Positions 17,594-26,314 of a stretch of DNA of 32,000 nt are shown here, piece after piece (the first letter of the stretch is position 1; every line of letters starts with the position of its first letter). Source of the stretch: Candidatus Saccharimonadota bacterium. GTDB lineage: Bacteria > Patescibacteriota > Patescibacteriia > 2-12-FULL-60-25. The notes beneath the pieces are model-generated. The model was not told the DNA's origin. It saw only the letters and a program-made list of their open reading frames with translations, and did no database searches. Location: the NCBI GenBank assembly GCA_016699205.1, contig CP064964.1:1050255-1082254 (forward strand), in the 5' to 3' direction. Both the position numbers and the translations under genes were made by a program.

Positions 17594-18549
17594 AGATTGC
17601 ATTTGTCGGAAAAGGCGGAAGCGGGAAGACGACGATGTCGTCATTGTTCTGCCGACATCTTGCTTCCCATGGCAAGACGGTTTTAGCGATCGACGCCGAT
17701 ATTAATCAGCATCTTGCCGGGGCTCTTGGTGTTCCATCTGACCAAGCTGCCGCGATTCCTGCGATGGGAAATCTCTTAACCGAGATTAAAGATTATTTGC
17801 GCGGGACAAATCCATTGATTGGCTCTGCTTCACAAATGGTCAAAACAACGCCGCCAGGGAATGGATCCCGGCTATTGCGTTTGAGTACGGTCGAGGCTTT
17901 TTTTGATCGTTTCGCCATCAAGCATGAAGGTATGCGTGTGTTGGCGACTGGCGGATTTCAGGAAGAAGATTTGGGCGTCAAATGTTTTCATGCCAAAACC
18001 GGTGCAGCAGAATTGGTGCTGAATCATTTGGTTGATCGCAAGGATGAGTTTGTGATCGTCGACATGACGGCTGGCGCTGACGCATTTGCATCGGGTCTTT
18101 TTACCAAGTTTGATCTTACGCTGATTGTCGTGGAGCCGACCCTGGCCTCCGTAAGCGTTTATCGACAATACAAAGGCTACGCTTCCGAGTTTGGCGTTCC
18201 ATTGGCGGTCATTGGAAACAAAGTCGTCGACTCGGAGGAGGAGGCGTTTTTACGAGAACAAGTGGGGGATGATTTGCTCGCCATTATTCCGTATTCAAAA
18301 GCGGTGAAAGCGCGTGATCGCGGAGATGCAACAGCTGCTGACGCGGATCGTGAATTACTGGCAGCGTTCCATGTCCTTGAAGAGCGTTTGCAGCAGACGC
18401 AAAAAGACTGGAACCGTTTTTATCGTCATGCGGTTGAATTTCACCTGCGAAATGCCAAGAGTTGGGCAAATGCGAGTACGGGTATTGATCTCGCAACACA
18501 GATCGATCCGGACTTTGGTCCAGAGAACTTTGTCGCCGCATCAACTTGA
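17590..18549 (+). CDS. CooC/MinD-class P-loop ATPase (deviant Walker A), possible metallochaperone
   Basis: The start overlaps the fur stop (ATGA). MKIAFVGKGGSGKTTMSS (KGGxGKT) and AIDADINQHLAGALG match the CooC-like DADPxxNL. GVKCFHAKTG sits where CooC has CxC. VIVDMTAGADAF is Walker B. Confidence 0.7.
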   Translation: MKIAFVGKGGSGKTTMSSLFCRHLASHGKTVLAIDADINQHLAGALGVPSDQAAAIPAMGNLLTEIKDYLRGTNPLIGSASQMVKTTPPGNGSRLLRLSTVEAFFDRFAIKHEGMRVLATGGFQEEDLGVKCFHAKTGAAELVLNHLVDRKDEFVIVDMTAGADAFASGLFTKFDLTLIVVEPTLASVSVYRQYKGYASEFGVPLAVIGNKVVDSEEEAFLREQVGDDLLAIIPYSKAVKARDRGDATAADADRELLAAFHVLEERLQQTQKDWNRFYRHAVEFHLRNAKSWANASTGIDLATQIDPDFGPENFVAAST

Positions 18550-18644
18550 TCGTATCCGGCCCTTTTGTCACGCGAAAGCGTGGCTGAAGGGTCGGACGCG
18601 ATCGCGCTTATGCGACGCGAGGCCGACACCTCAAAGGGGGTTCC

Positions 18645-19412
18645 ATGTCCCTGTCTGTTCCTTTCGAGATCACCGAGCGCATCAAGGGTGCCACGGACGA
18701 GATCGTCGATCACGACACGTTCGTGAGCATCTGTAAGACGTCCTTGCCCGGCGCCGTGAAGATGTACGAGCTCATGTGCGAGCGCCTCAAGAGCGAGCCG
18801 AGCGGCTCGTATCGCAAGTGCTTTCACGGCTTCACCGATGTCGAGCGCGGCCATGTCATCCGCGCCTGCTACGGTGATGCGATCAATCGCGAGCTGAATC
18901 TCCACTACGGCATCGTGCTCGTGCGGACGGCATCCGGACGCGTGGTCGGCTTCACGCCCGAGTCATTCTCGCGCGAGGACTTCCGTTCCCGCGTCTTCAA
19001 CCTCTCTGCGCAGAAGGCACATGGCGACGATCCGGTGGAGACGTCGGCGATCATCGACCACGCGGACACGCTGCGCGAGATCGAGCGGCTCTACCCGCTC
19101 GCCTACGCCTGCATCGCATCGCACGAGGGTCGTTCGTTCAACCACCGTGCTACCGAGCAGCCGCTCTTTGGGCAGCTGGTCGAGATGATCTCCATCCGTC
19201 CGTACCGCTTCCTGCTCGAGGATGCGTTCGGTCCGATCGCCACGGTCAACTGCTGCAAGCAGGCGGGACGCGGCAAGAAGGGCAAGGAGAAGTCCAAGGA
19301 CGAGAATACGCCGTCCAAGCCCAGCGACACGCTGGGCGAGCTGTCCTGGGACTTCATCGTGAGCCGGACGCATCAGCTCCAGATGCAGGAACCGGCGATG
19401 TTCGACTGCTGA
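18645..19412 (+). CDS. Hypothetical protein A (255 aa) of the GC-rich island; distant paralogue of 19555-20316
   Basis: The SD AAGGGGG lies upstream and the codons are strongly C/G-ending. A strong terminator follows. Lys-rich linker GRGKKGKEKSKDE near the C-terminus. No family recognised. Confidence 0.65.
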   Translation: MSLSVPFEITERIKGATDEIVDHDTFVSICKTSLPGAVKMYELMCERLKSEPSGSYRKCFHGFTDVERGHVIRACYGDAINRELNLHYGIVLVRTASGRVVGFTPESFSREDFRSRVFNLSAQKAHGDDPVETSAIIDHADTLREIERLYPLAYACIASHEGRSFNHRATEQPLFGQLVEMISIRPYRFLLEDAFGPIATVNCCKQAGRGKKGKEKSKDENTPSKPSDTLGELSWDFIVSRTHQLQMQEPAMFDC

Positions 19413-19436
19413 TCAGTCCGCCTAGCGGACTTCCTC

Positions 19437-19476
19437 GCCGACCCACCCGTAGAAGCCGGGTGGGTCGGCTTTTCTT
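19437..19476 (+). terminator. Rho-independent terminator after island ORF A
   Basis: 13-bp perfect stem gccgacccacccg (19437-19449) / cgggtgggtcggc (19457-19469), a 7-nt loop, then ttttctt. Confidence 0.8.
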
Positions 19477-19554
19477 ATCGTCTGGACAAGGGCGAAAGCT
19501 CGGCGTAGCGTTAATCCTTGTCGCCGGCTCTTGACTGGCGATAACGAGGCAAAC

Positions 19555-20316
19555 ATGCACATTCCGAGTGTGTCACCTGAGCTTGCTGAAAGCGTTCGCG
19601 TCAATGGTGCGATCAATGATCAGGAGTTTGGAGGCCTTATCCTGCACTGGTTTCCGGCGGCTTGGACGCTGTGTTTTACGCTCAGGCGTCAGACACATCC
19701 GAGGCCCGTGTCAGACAGACGCGAGGAGGATGAGACCGTGCCGGTGAGGCTCTTGAATGCTCTTCTGCATAAGTCCGAGCATCATAGCCCGCGGCCGGTT
19801 GAACCGATGATCAGACGGGTCTCGATTCCCGAGATGGTCGGTATCAAGGCTGTGTCCCAGGTGTACCAAGTCATGGCCAGCGATGCGATGCATCGATGCG
19901 CACAAACCGTTCATGAGGGAATGTTCCGACTGGAGTCGGAAGAGATCCTCGTGATGATTCCTGAAGGTCTCAAGGCTCCTCCGATCGAGCTTCCTCCTCT
20001 TGCTTTCATTGAGGAGCGCTATCATCTTGCCTGCGACCAGATCCGCATCGTCCTCGCGGACATGGAGGATTCAGACCGAGGGTACGGTCTTCTCGACTGT
20101 TCCAAGGCGCCGCGCAGTCTCGAACAGCTCGTGATGCTGATGGCGATTTATCCGTATCGTATGCGCATCGAGCGCGAGTACGGCGTTGAGCTGGCCTATC
20201 AGTGGCCGGGTATCCTCGCTGCCGCACCAGCTGGTACGAGAGGCCGTCTGCGCGAGTTCCGATCTGCCGCCGAGCAGATCCTCGCGATCCATCGCAATCC
20301 CAAGAGCACCGTCTGA
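19555..20316 (+). CDS. Hypothetical protein B (253 aa) of the GC-rich island; distant paralogue of 18645-19412
   Basis: I prefer ATG 19555 (GAGG 6 nt upstream) over the listed TTG 19531. It shares colinear motifs with ORF A (see findings). The start is uncertain because the N-terminal ~90 aa are Pro/Arg-rich. Confidence 0.6.
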   Translation: MHIPSVSPELAESVRVNGAINDQEFGGLILHWFPAAWTLCFTLRRQTHPRPVSDRREEDETVPVRLLNALLHKSEHHSPRPVEPMIRRVSIPEMVGIKAVSQVYQVMASDAMHRCAQTVHEGMFRLESEEILVMIPEGLKAPPIELPPLAFIEERYHLACDQIRIVLADMEDSDRGYGLLDCSKAPRSLEQLVMLMAIYPYRMRIEREYGVELAYQWPGILAAAPAGTRGRLREFRSAAEQILAIHRNPKSTV

Positions 20317-20322
20317 ACGATA

Positions 20323-20356
20323 AGAGCCCCGTCATGTATTCTGCTGACGGGGCTCT
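20323..20356 (+). terminator. GC-rich hairpin after island ORF B (terminator-like, poor U-tract)
   Basis: 12-bp perfect stem agagccccgtca (20323-20334) / tgacggggctct (20345-20356) with a 10-nt loop. It is followed by gatgttat. Confidence 0.5.
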
Positions 20357-20466
20357 GATGTTATCCAAAATGGAATACAGTATCCGGACTTATTGCGTAC
20401 GCTTGACGTATCCGACTGAATATAGTAAGCCTAAAAAGCGTTGCATCGTGGAAAGGATAGGTCGGT

Positions 20467-20661
20467 ATGTTTTCATCGTGGAGAGACGGTATGCCTTCAT
20501 CGCGTGAAGAAGGGGAAGGCGAGTCAGACAAGAGGGTTCTCTACGACAGCGCTGTCGAGCTGAATCCCAGTTCCAACTACACGACGGTCATCGAGGAAGA
20601 GCCGGACGGCCGTATCTTGATCCATGACCGGACAAAGTCGGGGAGCGGGCATTCCGCATGA
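20467..20661 (+). CDS. Small acidic hypothetical ORF (64 aa), island-associated
   Basis: GGATAGG lies upstream of the ATG. The stop overlaps the next ATG (ATGA at 20658-20661). It may fuse with the next ORF if the A-run 20634-20636 is one base short. Confidence 0.35.
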   Translation: MFSSWRDGMPSSREEGEGESDKRVLYDSAVELNPSSNYTTVIEEEPDGRILIHDRTKSGSGHSA

Positions 20662-20726
20662 GCAAGCTCGAGTTTCAGCAGCTGCTCGCTCATGCCCCGA
20701 ACATTCTCAACAAGCTCAACAGGTAG
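20658..20726 (+). CDS. 22-aa ORF (MSKLEFQQLLAHAPNILNKLNR), possibly the C-terminus of the preceding ORF
   Basis: Its frame is open upstream to 20625 (PDKVGERAFRMSKLEF...). A terminator follows at 20764-20800. Confidence 0.25.
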   Translation: MSKLEFQQLLAHAPNILNKLNR

Positions 20727-20763
20727 TTCAAGACGGGTCGGTTGGTACCTTTGTTTTTACGAG

Positions 20764-20800
20764 CCCCGTCCCGCAGCTGCGGAATGGGGTTTTTTGTTTT
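20764..20800 (+). terminator. Rho-independent terminator closing the GC-rich island
   Basis: Hairpin ccccgtcccgcag/ctgcggaatgggg (20764-20789; one mismatch and one G-T pair), followed by tttttgtttt. Confidence 0.75.
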
Positions 20801-20806
20801 GGTCTA

Positions 20807-21366
20807 TTACGATGAGAGCAGGATAATGCTGGCGGTAATGCCGTAAATCAGAACGCTTAGCGTATCTTGAATGACGGTGGCAATTGGTCCTGCGCCGACG
20901 GCTGGGTCGAGGTGCTCCATTTGGACAAGTTTTGTGACGATAAGCGCTGTATGCGGCGCGATGGCAACGGCGATGAACATGGATATACCAACAACCATCG
21001 CAAGCATGGAGTCTTGGAACCAGATATATGCCGCGATACCGCTCAGTATGCCAGATATCGATCCAAGTATTATTCCGACGCCTGCTTCTTTCAGAAGGTA
21101 ATTTTTGAATTTTGCTTTACGTGATCGGAGGTCGCGGCTAAAGATGCTTTGTGTTTGTGAACCCACGGCTGCGGCAATATAGACGACGAATGGAACAAAG
21201 AAGGCGATGCGAATGTCTTTGGCCAGCACGTCTTCAAAGGTAGAAAAGACAACGGCCAAGACAACGCCAAGAAATAGACCGACTAGAATGGATGGTAAGC
21301 GAAGACGAACAAGTTTTTTACCGACTCGGTATCGTCGTCGGCGTAGATGATGCGTTTCCAGCTCAT
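20807..21366 (-). CDS. MgtE-type divalent cation transporter, membrane domain only (apparent 1-nt frameshift in homopolymer 21314-21319)
   Basis: ORF 20807-21259 carries MgtE TM-domain motifs (PFVVYIAAAVGSQTQSI, DPAVGAGPIATVIQDTLSVLIY). Its frame stays open upstream with no ATG. ATG 21366 (MSWKRIIYADDDTESVK) is one frame off. One extra A in gtaaaaaac joins them as ..SVKKLVRLRLPSILVGLF.. Confidence 0.7.
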
Positions 21367-21367
21367 A

Positions 21368-22374
21368 TTAATCTCCTGTCATCTGTTTCTTTAGAAGCGT
21401 CACATTTGGAACCGGCCAAGGATCGATCTTGTGACGTCTGGCCAAGGCGACGCTTGTCGAGGCTCCCAGGGCAATAGCGGTCCACGCTTCTTGCAGACGG
21501 TTTTTGCCGATCACATCGATGGTGATGGCACGAATGCCGTTTTTCTGCAGGATTTCTGCCGTTAGCTTGATGCGTTTGTGATTGCGCGGATGATAATGCT
21601 CGGATTGAAAGAGAACAGCGACGAGCTGTTTTTTGACGGAGTGGGGAAATGTAATACCTTCCAAAAAATGATGGTCGAGTTCTGGAATCACTTGTGCTGC
21701 GGAAAGCTGTTTTCCATTTTCGTTTATTTGATTATTGAATACATGCGCCGCGCCAACGAGATGCTCGGCCGACATGAGTAAGACAAAAGATTTTTCCAGA
21801 TGTCGAGCAAGATCAAAAGCCAAGCCCTGATCCTGGTTTTCAATAAGCTTCGCGACTTCATTGATTTTCCGTTCATCGATTTTTATGATTCCGGTTTTGG
21901 CGAGGATTCCGGCGATGCCAATCGTCATATAGCCGATGGCCATGCGCGGTTGATTGGAGGGATTCTCAACGGGATCGATCACGAGTGTTGGGAATTTGTG
22001 TTTTTGGCTAGCGCAAGTAACTCGCCGCCATTGGTCATGACGATGATGCGGGCTTTGCGGCGGATGGCTTCACGGGCTGCGGAAAGCGTCTCTTCTGTTG
22101 TGCCGGAATAGCTAGAAAGAATGACGAGCGTGTCGCGGCCTACGTGGCTCGGGAGACGATAGTCATTGCTGATTTCAAAAGGGATTGAGATCTCATCACG
22201 GAAGACGGACTGAATCACATGCGCGCCCAAGGTTGATCCGCCCATGCCAGAGACAACGATAGAAGCCGGCTTGTGATGACTTGTAGGAATGTTAAGGCTT
22301 GAGACTTGGCGCCAGGCATCGCGTAGCTGCGCGCCGAGACGCAAATCGTCGGATAAAAGAATAGGAGCCTTCAT
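21368..22374 (-). CDS. Bifunctional phosphoglucose/phosphomannose isomerase (SIS domain; apparent 1-nt frameshift at T5 run 22001-22005)
   Basis: ORF 21979-22416 (real start MKAPILL at 22374) has SGMGGSTLGA and LSSYSGTTEETL. ORF 21368-21982 is the C-terminal PGI/PMI half. One extra A in gccaaaaacac gives ELLALAKKHKFPTLVIDPVENPS. Confidence 0.8.
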
Positions 22375-22385
22375 GGCTCCTATTC
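22351..22385 (-). terminator. Terminator hairpin of the DUF1761 gene that also contains the SD and start codon of the PGI/PMI gene
   Basis: On the minus strand: gaataggagcc (stem) atgaa (loop) ggctcctattc (stem), then ttttatcc. The ATG at 22374 is in the loop and AGGAG is in the 5' arm. Confidence 0.6.
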
Positions 22386-22406
22386 TAGCACAAATAATTA
22401 GATTTT

Positions 22407-22832
22407 TTAGCGCCAAACAGCGAGGATCACTCCCATGATGATGAGTGAGACCAAGCGGTATCCGGTGTTGATGAAGTAGAGCTTCCAGGGTTTATTGCCC
22501 CAGAGCTGCTCATCCATTTGCACAGGCGCAAAAAATCCGAGCCAGGTCCAGAAACCAGACATGACGCCGCCGACCCAACCAAATGTCTGCGTATAGGTCA
22601 TCGCAAATTCTGTTGTAAATGATAGGACGTAGGCTAAAACAAGCGAACCAATGCTCATCAGGGCATAGGTCTTATTCATGCCTTTCATCGCCTCCTTGCT
22701 CATTTTGGATGGATCAATACCCATTAGTTTCATCCAAGGTTTGCCAAATAAAGGGCCGTACCAAAGGAACCCGAGAACGACGGTGGAAATGGCGGCGACG
22801 AGTATAGCGAGGTAGTTGGGGGTAAAAGTCAT
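22407..22832 (-). CDS. DUF1761-family membrane protein
   Basis: 141 aa, four predicted TM helices. LGFLWYGPLFGKPWMKLMG at the N-terminus is typical of DUF1761. Confidence 0.75.
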   Translation of the reverse strand: MTFTPNYLAILVAAISTVVLGFLWYGPLFGKPWMKLMGIDPSKMSKEAMKGMNKTYALMSIGSLVLAYVLSFTTEFAMTYTQTFGWVGGVMSGFWTWLGFFAPVQMDEQLWGNKPWKLYFINTGYRLVSLIIMGVILAVWR

Positions 22833-22847
22833 ATGGACAGCATTCTA

Positions 22848-24575
22848 TCAGCTTTTACGTTTTCCGTGCATCAACATGTCGACAGCTTTGTCGAGTGTAC
22901 CGGCAGCCGTCAGTTCGCCGTTGTTTACAAAGAAGATGCCGTCAGCTTTTTCGATCGTGTTCAAGCGATGGGCGATGATGACCTTTGTTGTCGATCCTGG
23001 AAGCTGATCGAGGGCTTCTTGGAGCAATTGCTCCGTGACGGTATCGATGTTGGCGGTGGCTTCATCGAGAATCAGGAGTTCTGGCTTGCGCAAGACGGCA
23101 CGCATGAAAGCGATGAGCTGCTTTTGACCCAAGCTGATGGAGTCGGCGCCGGAGACGGGCGTGTCGACGCCTTTTTCAAAGCGGGCGAGGAGACGCTCAA
23201 GGCCCATCGAGTTGATCGTGTCGATTTTTCTTGGTGGCTTGCTGCGGCAAAATCAGGATTGGCGTAGAAGATGTTTTCCAGGACGGTGCCCGTGAACAAG
23301 AATGGTTCTTGCAAGATGAAGCCGATTTTTTGGTGCGATCGCTTTCAGGGTAGGAGCGCAGATCGCGGCCATCGAGCAGGATGGTGCCGGAGGTTGGATC
23401 GTAGAGACGCGCCATGAGCGAGGCAGTTGTGGTTTTGCCGCCGCCTGTCGGACCGACGAGTGCGTAGGTTTTGCCGCGTTCCAAATCGATGTTGATGTTG
23501 CGCAAGACATCCGGACGCTCTGGATAGCCAAAGTGTACGCCTTGGAATTGTACAAGGGCTGGATTGGCGGCCTTTTCGCCTTCAATCGTCGGCAAGTCCA
23601 TTGTTTCATCCATGATTTCGAGACGCGATCCCAGGCGGCTAATGCGAGCTGGAAGGAGTTCCAGAGCATGGCGATTTGGCGGAGCGGACCGTAGAAGCGC
23701 TCGACATAGATCAAGAAACTCAAGAGTAAGCCAAGCGTAAGGCTTTGTTGGGAGACGAGCAGGATGCCGTAGCCGAGAACGATCAGAATCGCCAAGTTGG
23801 AGAAAAGATCGTAAATCGGGGAGTAGAGGGCGCTGGCGATGCCGGCGCGTGTTGCTGCTTTGAAGTTGATTTTGTTGGCGATGGCAAAGCGGTCGCGGAA
23901 GAAGTCGCGGCGATCAAATGCGACAACGACTTTAAAGTGTTCCAAGCTTTCTTGAATTTCTGCGCTCAAACCGCCGGTTGCACGCAAACTTTCTGCATTG
24001 CGCTTTTAACCCAGCCGGAAGTGGCTTGCGTAAAGAGATAGAGTGCTCCGGCCGGGACTAGCGCGGCGAGGCCAAGATGCCAGTTCAATGAGAGCAGGAA
24101 GATACCGGAACCGACAATCATCACGATGCTCATCGTGAAACGCACCAAGGTTTCGAGAAGAATTGGTTGAGTTTGTCCGTGTCGTTGTTGATGCGGGAAA
24201 TCAAATCGCCAGCTTTATTTCGGTTGAAGAAGGCGATTGGTAGCGATTGAGTTTGGCAAAATCATGTTGCGCAAACGGAAGAGCATGCGCTGACCTACAC
24301 GGCCCATGAGCTGCATCTGCCAATAGCTTGTGCCGAGGGCGATCAAGAATGCGACGAGAAGCGCTGCGACGGTTGTAAAGATGCCTGGATAGTTTGCGGT
24401 GCGTACATAAGCATCGATGGCGTGACCAAAATGTAAGGCACGCTCAAGTTGATGCCGGAAGCGATGAAGATCGTAAGCGCCGTCAATGCCAAAGGACCAA
24501 TCTCCGGTTTGAGATAGGGGAGAAGCTTGCGGACACCGACGAGCGCGGATGTCTTTTTGCGGGCTTATCGTTCAT
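22848..24575 (-). pseudogene. ABC exporter (fused permease + ATPase), disrupted by at least 9 single-base frame disruptions
   Basis: Fragments 22848-23207, 23072-23314, 23197-23613, 23253-23987, 23966-24148 and unlisted pieces up to ATG 24575 can be stitched into one about 575-aa ABCB-type protein (MNDKPAKKTSALVGVRKLLPYLKPEIG ... GPTGGGKTT ... ISLGQKQ ... LLILDEATA ... IIAHRL). Shift sites (+ coordinates): 24554-24558, ~24426, 24258-24261, ~24240, ~24152, ~24001, ~23620, 23326-23331, 23225-23229. Confidence 0.85.
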
Positions 24576-26300
24576 ATTGGTTGGTGCTGCGCTGGGAATT
24601 GTAGATCTGGACGTATTCCGGAGAGATTTCCATCAATTTGTCGTGCGTGCCTTGAGCCAAGACCTCGCCCTCCATCAAAAAGGATGATGTGGTCGTAATC
24701 GCGGACAGAAGAGATTTTGCGTGACCGAGACAAGTGTGACGCTTGGATAGTTTTTGCGGACATTCTCGAGAATGCGGTGTTCCGTGTTGGAATCGACGCG
24801 GGCGGTGAAGTCATCGAGCAAGAGGATTTTTGGTTTGATAGCGAGAGCTCGTGCGAGCATCAAGCGCTGCTTTTGTCCGCCAGAGAGACTTGTCCCGCGT
24901 TCCGAGACGAGGGTGTCGAGACCGTTGGGGAGTGTATCGAGGAAATCTTTGAGTTCTGCGGTTTCAATCGCTAAGTCAAAATCTTCTTTGGCCACCTCAC
25001 GACCAAAGGCGATGTTTTCACGAACGGTTAAATTGAAGACGATGCTGTCTTGGAAGACCATGCCGATTTGCGAGTGCAGGCTGCGGCTATCGTATTCTGA
25101 GACGGATTTACCATCGTACAGAACTTCGCCGGAAGTTGGCGGCGTGAGTCCGGTGAGGACATTGAGGAGCTGGGTTTTTCCAGCAGCTGTCGGACCGAGG
25201 ATGGCGGTACGGGTTTTGGCCGGAAGGGAGAAACTGACATGCTTCAAGACAGGCGTTTCGCCAAAACGGATGTTGACGTCGCGCATCTCGATATGGCCGT
25301 CGATCGCTGCTTTCCATTCACCGTCGTTCTTGATTTCCGGAGCATCGAGCACTTCTGCGATACGGATATAGGAGGCGTTTGAGCGGGCCATCATGTTGCT
25401 CATAAAGCCGAGCATCAGCATCGGGAAGATGAGAATGCCGACATAGCTATTGAAGGCGGCGAGCTGGCCAATCGTCATTTCTCCCACGATCACAAAATGT
25501 CCGCCAAGACCAAGGATGACGAGTGTCGCAAGGCTGGAGATAAAGGTAATGAGCGGGATCAGGCTTGCAAAGACGCGCAAAATTTTGAGACCGTTTTCTT
25601 TCGCGTCCGTATTCACGACGAGAAATTTTTCCGTTTCCGATTGCTGGCCATGCAGAACGCGAATCAAGGTCGCGCCCAGAATACTTTCATTTATGGTTTT
25701 GTTCAGACGATCGATGATCATCTGCGATGCTCCAAACAATGCGCCGACTTTGGAGAAGATTCCGTAGAACATGAAGCCCATGATCGGAATGATAAGAAGA
25801 ACGGTTAAGCCAAGCTTCCAATCTGTGGAAATAAGCATGACGCTCGCACCAATCAAAATGAAAAGCGAAGACACGACAATGACCATGCCTTGCGAGACGA
25901 ACATTTTGATGGCGTCGATGTCGCTTGTGAGATTGGTGAGGAGTTTGGATGCCGTCGTGTTTTGGACAAAGGCAAAGCTTTGGCGGGAGATTTTGGCGGC
26001 CAACTGCTCGCGCAAATCGCTCGCGACACGTTCGGATGCAAATGCCTGGATGATGCCGAGGATGTAGTCGGAAATGAGCATCGTGGCACAGATCGCCAAA
26101 AAGGGGAGAGCGATGGCGACAAGGTTAAAACTTCCGCTCGTGTATGCGTCGATTCCGCCGGCAACCATACGGGGCAGCATTAAGCTCAAGCCTTTGCCGA
26201 ATATCGACAGGCCAAGCAAACCGATGATCCAGCCCTTGTATTTAGGGAGGAGGCTCATCAACGTATTTTTCTTTTCAGCAGGAGTCTTCTTGTTGTTCAT
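24565..26300 (-). CDS. ABC exporter (fused permease + ATPase), intact for about 530 aa, with two frame disruptions in the last ~50 codons
   Basis: I prefer ATG 26300 (MNNKKTPAEKKN) over the listed GTG 26321. GPTAAGKTQ (Walker A), LSGGQKQR and LLLDDFTA are present. After VTLVSVTQ the true frame moves to KISSVRDYDHIIL (shift near 24715-24718), then to MEGEVLAQGTHDKLMEISPEYVQIYNSQRSTNQYER* (shift near 24677-24681). The stop is at 24565-24567 and overlaps the next gene's start. Confidence 0.85.
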
Positions 26301-26314
26301 AAATAGGGTTAACT

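Noticed and set aside
18441-20368. Four long minus-strand ORFs (18441-18905, 18963-19373, 19711-20025, 20006-20368) inside the GC-rich island
   Set aside because: They lie fully antisense to better-supported plus-strand ORFs that have SD sites and terminators. They are Arg/Ala/Pro-rich, as expected for shadow frames of high-GC3 genes, and have no start context of their own.
20324-20770. 10-bp direct repeat GAGCCCCGTC (20324-20333 and 20761-20770) as possible att or target-site duplication flanking the small-ORF segment
   Set aside because: It is too short to be significant in 32 kb. Both copies are simply the 5' arms of two different GC-rich hairpins. No recombinase is nearby.
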